From the NCBI GenBank assembly GCA_051294375.1, contig CM119265.1, positions 20,182,966 to 20,246,965 on the forward strand: DNA of 64,000 bases, given 5' to 3'. Each line of letters begins with the position of its first letter. Position 1 is the stretch's first letter. This document shows positions 24,213 through 34,991 of the stretch, piece by piece. Source of the stretch: Paraspadella gotoi. Its lineage: Eukaryota; Animalia; Chaetognatha. Below the pieces are notes generated by a model. It was not told the DNA's origin, did not search any database, and saw nothing but the letters and a program-made list of their open reading frames with translations. The position numbers and the translations under genes are program-made.

Positions 24213-24590
24213 CTAGGGACAAAGAGGGCAATAATCGTCACACCAAGTAGTTACGAATCTTTCGCCCCTAACGCAAAAACGATAGAGCATTTCAAAAAGA
24301 CATTTCTCCGCCTGGACATCCTCTTCCGAAATTTTAGAAAACTTCGGCGGTGGCGGTGGCGGAAATATCTCGCGCATGTCCATACCGATCGCCAGGATGC
24401 CCGGAGATTCTAATCGGCGGCGCAGCTTGAATTTGGTCGGTAACGTTTTAAGACGAAAATATTGAGACGGTCGAGTTTCGACGGATGAATTACCTGTCCT
24501 GATCTCGAACTCTTTAAGAGGGATTTTCAAAGTTTTCATAGCGAACAAGGTAAGGTCTGTCGGGTGCATGGTAGATAAAAATAGGCTCAT
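24213..24590 (-). CDS. Possible orphan protein (~118-125 aa) inside the co-directional gene run
   Basis: Intact ORF filling almost all the gap between two genes, coding-like composition, polyPro tract, C-terminal WCDDYCPLCP; no family recognised. Confidence 0.4.
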   Translation of the reverse strand: MSLFLSTMHPTDLTLFAMKTLKIPLKEFEIRTGNSSVETRPSQYFRLKTLPTKFKLRRRLESPGILAIGMDMREIFPPPPPPKFSKISEEDVQAEKCLFEMLYRFCVRGERFVTTWCDDYCPLCP

Positions 24591-24642
24591 ATATCACCAG
24601 TCGTCGACAAAGATTTTTGAAAGAGAAAATCTAGAAATACAA

Positions 24643-25035
24643 TCAGTTAGAATCGGAGTTTTTCTGCGAATCATCCGACATTCCAGCCTCTTTCTTAATC
24701 TTAGCGATCAAAGCGTCGTTCTTTTTCCTGTCGTCCTGGACGTTCCGTTTGTAACTGAGAACGCGGACAGAGTCACGGTCAATGGGCTTAATCCTTGGTT
24801 CCATATGCCGAACGGTGGTCTCGTCGACAATCCCGGCACTCGCTTTAATTTTGGCCATAACCCGTTCGTTTCTCATCCTTTCTTCGACGAGTCTTTGGCT
24901 TGCCCCGTATTTTTCGTAAAGTTGCTCCTTTGTTACTTTCGAGTTTGCGTTCTGAATGTAAAACCAAGCGACAAATCCTCCGACGCCCAATGCGCTGTAC
25001 ATTAACATGTGCAACTTATTTCCACTGGAACCCAT
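24643..25035 (-). CDS. Small single-pass membrane protein, tentatively UQCC3/Cbp4-like
   Basis: ATG at 25035 after a strong acceptor; N-terminal hydrophobic segment LMYSALGVGGFVAWFYI followed by charged helices. Confidence 0.6.
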   Translation of the reverse strand: MGSSGNKLHMLMYSALGVGGFVAWFYIQNANSKVTKEQLYEKYGASQRLVEERMRNERVMAKIKASAGIVDETTVRHMEPRIKPIDRDSVRVLSYKRNVQDDRKKNDALIAKIKKEAGMSDDSQKNSDSN

Positions 25036-25169
25036 TATTATTCTGAGAAAAAAAAAATCAGAATTGTCGACAATAAATAAGATCGGTCGAGGGACAAAAA
25101 CAAATTCAGACATCACTGAAATCATGGTAATTACTAAGGCATTATAACAGCAAACGACTGGACTCAAAT

Positions 25170-28100
25170 TTAAGGTCGGCCAGGTTTACTGCGCAGACTC
25201 TGCCCCTGCCCAGAAAAAGCTGAAAAAGCAGATTTAGTATCAACGTCTTCAGGTTTGGGTGGCTTCTTACGAACGAACACCAACTTTCCGGGTTTGTAAT
25301 CCATCCTAGGACAGAAATTGATCAAGTGATTTGAATCCTCTTTCCTTCTCATTGGTTTCATTAATATGGTACAATTTTGGTACCAAAAAAAAGGAAAGAA
25401 AAGGAAAACAAAATAATGAAGATAGGTTAATGTATAATAGGAAAGGAAAAGTAGAGAGAATAAAGAAGTGGAAATTATTTTATTTAATACCAAGGAATTC
25501 CACGATGACGAGTCGAAGTAGTCCCGCCTGCCTCCGCCTCGGATCCGCATTCGCTGAGAGCGTTACGGTTCTTCTTTCCATCCAATCGAGTTCCAAAACC
25601 TCAGAAAAAAGTGGATCATTGTCGGGATATTTTTGATATTTTACATTGGACGAATTCGGAATAGGGTCTCCGAATAGGAAACGACTTTTGTTTAGGTAGT
25701 GCAGTAGTGCTGTTACCAGAGAAGGCTTTAAAGCCTTTGTTCTCATACTCTCGCGGATCGACGGAGAGTTCCTCGGGCAAATCTTCTTCCATTGGTTTGG
25801 GATATTCCCTCTTGGGGTCTTGATATCCCACCGGGGGAGCGAAGTCGACGTTCATGTCGCATTCAATGACAGAAATCGCCCGACCGGGCTATACATAGAA
25901 ACCAACATAGGAGGGCGCAAGAATTTTTATTAATAATTGATTTCTGCCGTGAAATAGATAGATAGATAGATAGAAAGATACCTTGGTTTCGAGAACGGTG
26001 AGCTCGAAGGTTTTCTCGTTGTATTTGATGGCGATGACATCGCCGGTTGTGAGGCAGGCGAAGTTACGAAGCGTATTTTCGAGCACGGCTTTGGGGTTTG
26101 AGATTTCTAGGAATTCGGGTGAAGACGGCTATAAAGAAAATATATTCTAATTTTTCATGTATAGCTGGTCTATATTATTTCATAAGAGTTTTCCCACTTG
26201 AAACTTGGAAAAGGTGGCAACAGGGAGCGAGACGCTCTCGATCTGAATCAAGTCTCCCTCGTTCATCATCAAGTTCCTCATCATCCAAAAAGGCAGGTAG
26301 ACTTTTCCTTCATCGGCGACGAACTCCAAAACACCACAGTGGGTCTCCCTTCCTGTCTACAATTAAAATAATTAAATATATTTTACAAAGATCGCAAATA
26401 CTACAATATCGATGCATAATTGCATATGCTTGCGAAGTGAAAACAAAAATAGCTTCCCTCACACTAATTTTATTTTCAAAAGCTATTTCGTTGACGAATA
26501 GTCTTAGAATTATTTGAAAGTTCCCAATCACAGTATGGAGGACGTTTTAGGTCGCGTGGGTCATTGTCTCTGGCCATCGTGGTAACAGGTCGTCATAACA
26601 GCCAGAAATCAACCGACCAAAATCCTAGCCTCATATATATAATTTAGTTAACTTCTTTTTTGTACTCGATTGCATTAACGGGGATCGATATTCATTTGTA
26701 TTTTTAAAAGTCATCACAAATTATTTTTATTTTCGACGAAACTCGTAACCTTCAATCCGATATGGATTATCAACCGTATCAATTTTTTTTCTTCCGAAAA
26801 ACAAAAACCAAAAAAACATACGCGGACTGTTCAAAAATTTGACGCGAGGCAAAGAGTAAAACACAATAGATCAACAACCGAAACAGGCGCTAATTGTTTT
26901 CGGGACAAAGTGACCGGAAGATCCGAAACCGATGTTCTTAACGTCGAACAATTAAAGACTCACAAAGAGGCCACAACAGACAAAGGTGCACCAAGTCACA
27001 ATGACCAAGAAAACGACAAAACCGGGAATCTGAAGCCACATAAAGCCTCAACAATTCACAATACAAATTCGCTCTGCCAGCGTCTTGGTCTCTCCATTTT
27101 CGCTCTTTCATTTTTCAATTTTTAACCTCACCGATTCGAAACCAACGGCCTCACGAAAATCGACAAAATTAAAAGATCGAACAACTACCACTAATCAATC
27201 TTCACGTGATATTCACGATTACGAAAAAAAAATCAAACTGTCTTTGAACACGTTTACATTACTATCAACAAAAACGATGAACAACCAACGAAAATTAATG
27301 ATCGATGGCGTTGCGGTCAAACTAAAGAATCTCAAATCAAACTTAAAAAAAAGGACGAAAGCCGTTATGCATGACGAAAAATGCCTTCACATCTCCCACT
27401 CGTCGCGCAGCATCGACAGGGGAAACCTTCTAATTCTCCTTCAGCTCAACGGCGTCATGAAACGAGTGAAAAAGGCTGGTAGACAGACTAAACACGTCCG
27501 AAGGAAGTTGAGCGCGGGAAGGATCGACAGCATCGCCGCCGTGGAGACTCTGGCCGATCACTTCGACAAGTTGGATCGGGGCTACTCGGACACTCTGAGA
27601 CTCGCTGGGAGCTGGAAAGACGGGCAATTGGTAATGGGCGCTAGAAGCGAATCGGGAATCGAAGCAACGAATGACAATGATCTTCGGCGCAAAAAGGAAG
27701 AAACTGTGGATGAAGACTTTGAAGCAACGCGACAATTTATCCTCAAAGACTTCGAAGTGCTGCAAGAAGACATCTTTACGATATAGAAATTTACAAGACT
27801 TAGTAAAATGCGAGTGTCAGTCCGTTTGTAACTCATATTATAAGAGCATTCAAAATACGTCATTTGTTTTCAAGTATTTTTAAGGTTTGTATTACTTCCA
27901 CATTGTACGTTGTTGCTAAATTCGCAGTTATTCGCACGGTAGAACGATGAATATATTATTCAATGTTCAATATTATCATATATTATTCAATAATAATATA
28001 AAATTCACAAACTAAAAATATGAGAGATTTGATTTAAAAAAAACAAACAAATATATTAACATTTAATGATATCTATCTTTTTTTTGTTAACAGCTCTCTG

Positions 28101-28462
28101 ACCCTAATCCAAAACGTTTTAGTGTTAATTTATTGCTGAACTATCGTAAAGAATAAACTATGAAATCTTTAAGTTTGAAAATTACACTTACTTTTTTATT
28201 GGTGAGTTTGAATAGCATAGGATAGACGATATTTAATCTCGTGAGCTGATCCAAAGCGGAAGGGGGCATGATAATTTTTCCGCCGCGTTCAACGTCAGCT
28301 CTTTCATTGCCCGGAAGCAAGGCGACCGAGAAGCATCTAAAAAATATTTTTTGTTATTCGCATAAAATACACAACGTGAAAGATGCTTTGTAACCATAAC
28401 ACTGACTTGTACTGATTATTGAAGGGACGTCCAACGTCATGAAACATGTTAAAGCCAAACAT
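25170..28462 (-). CDS. UFD1: Ubiquitin fusion degradation protein 1, about seven exons, with a ~1.8 kb intron
   Basis: MFGFNMF; [27 protein letters not shown]; [13 protein letters not shown]; [20 protein letters not shown]; [15 protein letters not shown]; [12 protein letters not shown]. Confidence 0.97.
27085..27786 (+). CDS. Orphan ORF nested antisense in the UFD1 intron (first ATG ~27277, ~169 aa)
   Basis: Long open frame with elevated GC inside an AT-rich intron; no family recognised. Confidence 0.45.
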   Translation: MVSPFSLFHFSIFNLTDSKPTASRKSTKLKDRTTTTNQSSRDIHDYEKKIKLSLNTFTLLSTKTMNNQRKLMIDGVAVKLKNLKSNLKKRTKAVMHDEKCLHISHSSRSIDRGNLLILLQLNGVMKRVKKAGRQTKHVRRKLSAGRIDSIAAVETLADHFDKLDRGYSDTLRLAGSWKDGQLVMGARSESGIEATNDNDLRRKKEETVDEDFEATRQFILKDFEVLQEDIFTI

Positions 28463-28796
28463 TTTTGCCTATGTATAACTATAATAGAAGAAAGAAATTC
28501 AGATAACATAACGATCACATTAACTGTGATACCAAACGCTCAAGAACAATTAAAATACATACGAATATTTAAATCTCTATAAAAATATCGACATCTATCA
28601 CTATTAACGCGAGGAAGTATTTATCTGAAAATTTAAGGTACTAGAAATAGAAATATATCGTTGTCATGAGTATTGAGGCTGTTTATCATTATGAGGAATG
28701 TGTACCATTTAAGTTATAACCTGTACCAGAACGTTTAAAGCCTAGAATGAGCAGTTAAACCACCTAATTTTCACTAAAGACACTTATAATAGCAGT

Positions 28797-30465
28797 TCAC
28801 AGCCCACCACCACCGGTTCCGGCCGAACCATATTTGTAAATTTTGTACCACTTATTCATTTGTTCCAAAAATATAAATGTTAGCACCGTGTGCGGTCCCA
28901 GTCGAAAGTAGTACGGAGTGAAACCTTTCCACAAGCTAAAGAATCCCTCGTTTTTAATGACTTTGCCGAGAACGTCGAACGCCCCACGGTATTCTGACTT
29001 TCCATCGATGACTTTCATATTTTGAATTCTCGTTTTCGCGATGTCCACAGGCATAGAAGCTAAAAGTTTGTTTTAGTTTTAAATTTCGAGATGAAGCTCC
29101 AATTGCTTATTTAAAGCTTACCTATCGTTGTGACTAGACCAGAAATCATGGAGGCGACAAAGTGAGTGAAGACTCCATCAACAAAGTAACCAGATCCGAG
29201 GATCAACTGTTTTGCTTGAGAATAGGTCGACAATTGAGCGGCGTTGACAACCATTGCTCGCGCAACCGTCGGTGCGCTTCCGCGCCATAACGTCGCCAGA
29301 CCTTCTTCACGAGTTATTCTAAAAAGAGAAAAAATAAGAGAATAAGAAATGGCGAAAAGGAAACGGTGAAACGAATAGTTAATCTCGCCTGAAGAGCGCG
29401 TTAAAAACAGAGGTGTAGCCCCGACGTTGATCAGCTGGCAACCGGCCGTCCGAGGTCATCCGAATCAAACTGATTTCCGCAGGTGTACCGACGAAAGCTC
29501 CGATTCCGCCTGAGAAAAAACCACAAAGTTTCGAGTAATTTCGTAATTTGACATTATTTGATTTAAGTAGCCATTTCAAAAATATACAGAAGGCTTCATA
29601 TTATAAAATGAGGTACACCTTTTTTGTGACCAGAATCTGCTCCCACCAAACTACCTGATCGAATTTCATTTATCGAATTTTACATATAGTCTTAATGACG
29701 ATATAAATGGAACTATCGAGGCGAATTTTGATATTCAACCCCTGGGGGGCCAAAAAAAGCTTAAATTTTTTTTAGTAGCATCAGGTGCATTAACGTTTTA
29801 AACATATAAAAAACATATTTTAAAACTAAAATTGATAAATTTTCAATAATTAAGCTTGGTTTAATAACGATCATACCAAATTTCAATGAATTTGGTCCAG
29901 TAATTTTCTCGGAACGTGTTTTGGTCACAAAAAAGGGGTACCTCATTTTATAATATGAAGCCTTCTGTAGTCCGTCTCACCGGCAGTCATTCCAATGGCG
30001 GCCTTCATAAGAAAATTCGGCGGAGCGCCGCCAGCAGACGCCGCGTCAAAAAGGGAAGTGTAAATTCCCATCCTGAAAGATAGGTTAATTTTAAGCCGGT
30101 CGGCGAACCTAGTTAGTAGTTATCCTTCTGCATCAAGTTTCCCTTTCAACTTCCTCCTTTATCCCTTAGTCTCTCTCTCGCCTGGTTGTTGTGTAGGTGG
30201 CCTGTCGAAGCAGTCCAGCCGAGAGTCCGTTGTACATACCGACGATACCTTCTTGGCGCATGATGGCGATAACGGCGTGGACGCTAGACTTGTGGGCCTT
30301 GGCGGCGCCACCCTCTCCGCTCATCTGCATCCGGTTCTTGACGAGATCCAAAGGTTGCACGAACAACGTGGCCGCCATCCCCGCTGATCCACCAAAAAGG
30401 AACTTGATCGAATTGGGGATGGTTTCCGGTGGGGACGACATGGCGGCGGCAGGGGCGGAAGACAT
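28797..30465 (-). CDS. SLC25A11: Mitochondrial 2-oxoglutarate/malate carrier, five exons, two GC-AG introns
   Basis: KFLFGGSAGMAATLFVQPLDLVKNRMQMSG; GLSAGLLRQATYTTTR; GTPAEISLIRMTSDGRLP; LWKGFTPYYFRLGPHTVLTFIFLEQMN. Confidence 0.97.
29587..29967. mobile_element. Tc1/mariner-type MITE in SLC25A11 intron
   Basis: TIR CAGAAGGCTTCATATTATAAAATGAGGTAC...GTACCTCATTTTATAATATGAAGCCTTCTG flanked by TA on both sides. Confidence 0.92.
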
Positions 30466-30688
30466 GACCCGTCCCCTCGCACCGTCTTAGACGGAAGTCG
30501 CGTCGTCGCTTAAACCACGACGACTTTTTTCTTGATTTGGAACAGAAACGGCAATTTCGGCATTGAAAAACAAATAACTAGATACCGGGCATAAAATAAA
30601 ATTTTAGACGTTAAAGAAAAAAATTGACGAAAGACTATAAAATTACAGTCAGAATCAGAAAGAATCCGCACTGCGCAGGTTCTTCCGA

Positions 30689-33004
30689 CTAGTTGTTTTC
30701 CAGAGTGTCGTATTGATCTATTTCCTCCAGCAGCGACGTGACAAACTTGCTCGCCTCCATCGGCGCCTCGCGTTCGTCCAAGAGTTTTTGCAGCAGCCGC
30801 AGCGGGGGCAGCGATCCGCCATGCGCGAGAACTTCCCGCCGCCACTTATCACCGTTTGAAGACGAAAAGGGATCGTCTTTGAAGCACTTGTGCCAAACTC
30901 TGGAGGCAACGGCGCGCGAAAGAAGATACGAGTAGTACTTGGCGCCATAATTGACAAGGTGACCGAAGCGGAGTTGCCAAGCTGTGCCATTCACGTAGTC
31001 CAAAAAGTGATATCGCTTTTGGCATTCTTGCAAGATCATCGTAGTTGACAATTCAGAAGGAGGCCCATGATATTTTTGATCGAGTATCGAATAAAAAACC
31101 TGAGTGAGCAAAGTTGTACAAATTGATGAGACCGAATCCCTTAGGGTTTTCTTATTTCTCCCTCAATAAAAATATTAAAAATCTTTATTATACCCGTTAT
31201 GAGACATTTTATGGACCTTTGATAATCCTCAAGAAAATAATATTGTAAATACGCTCACTTGAGAACTCGTGTCCAGAGAATTGAACATGTGACGAGACTG
31301 ACAGAGATTGCGCACCATCTCTTCGGGAATGGTTTCTCCCGTTTTGTAATGCCGAGCAAACGTGGAAAGAACCCTGTAGTCTGAGGCGAAGTACTCCATG
31401 AGGACAGAAGGCACTTCGGCAAAGTCGGTAGCACAACGCGTACCGGTCACGTGCTGGTACTTTGTCCGCGCGAACATCGAGTGCATCGCGTGACCGAATT
31501 CGTGGAAAAGATTTTCCACCATGGAAGGCGTCAGCAAGGCGAGACCGCCCCACCTCGGCGTCGGTAGATTTAGCACCACAACCACGACTGGGTGCTGGTA
31601 AGACCCGTCCTCGAGCTCGCGCCCTCCACAAATGGTAAAGTGGCAGTCCTGCTGCAGTTTGTGTGGTCGCTCGAAAAAGTCGCAATAAATATAACCGAGA
31701 GTTCCTTCCACGTCGTGGTGAATGCGGAGTTTCTGTATGCTTTCGGGGTGCCACAGTTCGCCGGGACCCGTTTCTTCCGTCTCCAGCGAAACGCCGTAAA
31801 GACTTCGGAAAAGATTGCTAAGCCCTTCCATGCAACCCCCAAGAGAAAAGTAGGCCGAGTATTGTTCCGGGTCAATATTGTATTTTTGTTGACGAGCGAG
31901 GGAAACGTAAAATGGTGGATCCCAAGCGTCGATGGTAATATTGTGGCCAGGGGGGTAATTGTTGTGCTTTTGTTTGATGCGCTTCAAGGCGTTTAACTCC
32001 TTAGCAACTCGCGGTTCAAGCTCTTTCGCCATCGTTTCCAAAAAATTCATTACGTTAGAGGGAGTGGAAATCATGGTGTTTCGCAAGGCCCGATGCGAGA
32101 AGGAAGGAAAACCAGCGCATTCTGCCAGTTTATGACGGAACTCTAGAAGCATCTCCAGTAATCGCTCTTGTTCTTTCTCCGGAGTGAGGAATAATCTGTA
32201 GGCTGCTTCTCTTTTCCAATCCATGGGAGAATCGGAATGTAGGCCTGAGACGGTAAAGTTGTCTCCCTCCAGAACGAAGGTGTTCTGAAGATGCGCAGGC
32301 AAAACCGTTTTCGAAACTGCTCGTCCTGCGCTTGCGTTTTGGGTAAATTGAGTTCCGATGGCATGGACGGCTTCGTTAAGTTGTACGAATCTTTCACGCT
32401 CTGATTCCGGTAGTTGAATTCCGCTCTGTTGAAAGTCAAAGAGGAAGAGTTCGCCAACGCGTCTCTCCATATGGTTCATCGTGTGGACGTCGCCATGAAG
32501 CAAGGCGCTCTCCAGCGCATCATAGATGGCAGAGTTGGTGTTTAGCTTCTCCACAAGCGCGCAAATGTTGGCGCAAGAGGAGGCCGCCGCCTGAGCGAAC
32601 TTTTGATCCGGATGAGCGACGCGGATAAAGTCGGCTAAGTCGGCTACTCGGCAGAGGGTGTCGCTGATATCGTCGAAGATAGGAACAATGTTTCGTCGTC
32701 GCTCAGAAATAGGGGCGGTTGCCTCGGCGATTAAGTCCTCCGTGGCACGAAGGGCGCGCTCCTCAAGAACCCTAAAGCCGCTCGGCGTCGCTAGCTCGGG
32801 GATGCCAAAGAGTCCACACGAAGTCTCCGAAGGATGAAGCACTCTCGACAGCTGTTCTTTCAACGACGCCTTGGCGTTAAAAGAAGTCGACAGAGAAGTT
32901 CCGGTACTTTTCCGTCGAAGTACCGATTTAGTTGATAAATTGCCATCTAAAAAGGCTCCCACGATCCTTCGACTTCGCGCAAAATTTCTAGTTATTCGTT
33001 CCAT
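30689..33004 (-). CDS. MIPEP: Mitochondrial intermediate peptidase (M3 family), two exons
   Basis: DTLCRVADLADFIRVAHP; YFSLGGCMEGL; HEFGHAMHSM zinc motif; TRCATDFAEVPS; WQLRFGHLVNYGAKYYSYL. Confidence 0.97.
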
Positions 33005-33098
33005 GATTTCGTCCTCTATAATTCGCTTATAAATGGATCAAGATATCCGAAGTCAACAAAGTTTTAAAAAAAATTAAAACAAAACGAAATATTTTGTA

Positions 33099-33830
33099 TT
33101 AGCTGAAACCGGGCAACGGAAGTTTTAATCCTTCTTTTGCTTCGAAGAATGTGTAGGACAGAGTGATATTAGTGACGCCGTCCAAGAGCGGATCGTCGCA
33201 AAACTCGGGATCGATATAGAAAAAAACTGGAAGATCGACCTCCTCCCCAGGATTGAGAAGCTGCTCCTCGAAGCAGAAACACTGGATCTTGTTAAAGTAC
33301 GGAGCGCATTCAAAGGGAACCACGTTGTATGTGGAGATGCCGATAACCGGAGTAGAAAGCGGGTTTTTCGCCTTGTAAAAGGCGAGTGCCGTTTCGCCCG
33401 GTCGAACGGTGACACTGTTCTGCTGAGGCTTAAAGTTCCACATCATCGACGAATGGGTGTCGGCATTGAATTGTATTTCGAGCAGAGTGTCCTCGACTCG
33501 GCGCATCGTCGCCACGTTCTCCGCATCATGGCCTTTGCTAATCTCGCCTCCTAGGCCCGTCGCCTGGCAAAACACCTTATAGAGCGGAACTGAGGCGTAG
33601 GCGAGTCCGACCATTACGATTCCGGCGGAAGAGACATACATCGCGGCGCTGAGGTTGCGTCGGCGCTGGGGGTCCGAGCTGGAGGGGCGCCATCGGGATT
33701 TAGCGAAGGAACGAGTCGATTGAAAAAATGCTGAAGAACTCGAATTGGGGAGCAGAAGTTTTTCACATTTGCACAAATGCGCGAAATTAAAAAGGCTCCG
33801 TCTTGAAGCCAGCGGAAAAAATGGAGACAT
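33099..33830 (-). CDS. COX11: Cytochrome c oxidase copper chaperone COX11, single exon
   Basis: YASVPLYKVFCQATGLGG; PGETALAFY; YFNKIQCFCFEEQ; DLPVFFYIDPEF. Confidence 0.97.
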   Translation of the reverse strand: MSPFFPLASRRSLFNFAHLCKCEKLLLPNSSSSAFFQSTRSFAKSRWRPSSSDPQRRRNLSAAMYVSSAGIVMVGLAYASVPLYKVFCQATGLGGEISKGHDAENVATMRRVEDTLLEIQFNADTHSSMMWNFKPQQNSVTVRPGETALAFYKAKNPLSTPVIGISTYNVVPFECAPYFNKIQCFCFEEQLLNPGEEVDLPVFFYIDPEFCDDPLLDGVTNITLSYTFFEAKEGLKLPLPGFS

Positions 33831-34145
33831 GGTAAAAGTTGTTCACATTTTTTTATCATTCGGTACCTAATTTTTAAAACAAGATTAAGTTAAAATTTTA
33901 TTCTTAATTTTAATTAAACCATCTCTGACAATTTTAACTCGATGTTGCTACTAACTTACAATTTCCCCTAAAAGCCTGAGAAGTAAGTTCATAACACTGA
34001 AAAGCAACTAATTGGACGAAAACAACAATAGTGCAGACGCTTCGAAATTATTAAATATTTCATAAATCTTCCTCTCTTTTATCAGGAAGATTATTCAAAA
34101 TTCAAAAGAATGACTAGAAACCGATTTAACGACACAGTAATTTAG

Positions 34146-34865
34146 TTAAGAAGTCTTTTCACACAGTTCCGCCAATTCCCTTGAAAGCTCTTTCTTTAAG
34201 GAATCTAACTTGTGAACTAATTGTTTGAAATTGTCCTGCTCGTCACGGGGAAGATAATCATCACACTCGGCGATGGTGTCGCCGCCAAGAGCGCCGATAG
34301 ACGTTGCCGCCACCGAATCTTCGTCCTTGAATAATTCGTTGTCGTCGTCGTCTTCTAAAGGGTCCATAAAATCCTCCCGTCCCTCCCCGATGCTTTCGAA
34401 CGACTGGTCAAACTTCTCAGCATCCTGCTTTCCCACCATCACTTGCAGCTTTCGATTGGCTTCGATAAAGTCCAATACCTTACGGTAAGTCTCCTCGGCT
34501 TCTATGCATCGATCACCATCTCCGAGCGGGTCGGAGTTTGAGGACTCACTAATCTTTTGTTTGTGTATCGCGTCTGACGCGGCTGCCATGACGTTAGAGA
34601 AGGCGGAGGAGACTCCCCCAGGCACGAGATTCTTTGTAGTTGGATCCCCGATTCGTCTCCGCAAACCCGTTTCCGCCGACTCATCGACAGGCTGGCGAAT
34701 ATCCAGTGACGTGGCGGACTCGTCCAGTTGCGTCTGAGATTGGCGCCAAAAGAATGAAAAGGCGACATCATCTGGAGGAGAGCTCTCGATATCTTGGTGA
34801 ATGGAGTCCAGATTCGGAGGTTCCGGACGACTGCCAGTGCCCATCTTTGGCTTCTTAGAAAGCAT
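34146..34865 (-). CDS. UPF0449 / C19orf25-like protein with insertions
   Basis: RPEPPNLDSIHQDIESSPPDDVAF and EETYRKVLDFIEANRKLQ resemble C19orf25 blocks RPAPPTVEQILEDV...DPVF and LYQQSRAYVAANQRLQ. Confidence 0.65.
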   Translation of the reverse strand: MLSKKPKMGTGSRPEPPNLDSIHQDIESSPPDDVAFSFFWRQSQTQLDESATSLDIRQPVDESAETGLRRRIGDPTTKNLVPGGVSSAFSNVMAAASDAIHKQKISESSNSDPLGDGDRCIEAEETYRKVLDFIEANRKLQVMVGKQDAEKFDQSFESIGEGREDFMDPLEDDDDNELFKDEDSVAATSIGALGGDTIAECDDYLPRDEQDNFKQLVHKLDSLKKELSRELAELCEKTS

Positions 34866-34991
34866 AGCTAATTATTTATGCCCATGCATAGTCGGGTTTC
34901 CTAAAAAAAAGGAATGACAAAAATAAACGAGCAATGGCGAATGGCGTTAAAATATAAATGTCCGATGATATCAATATTATCGCTAACAATC

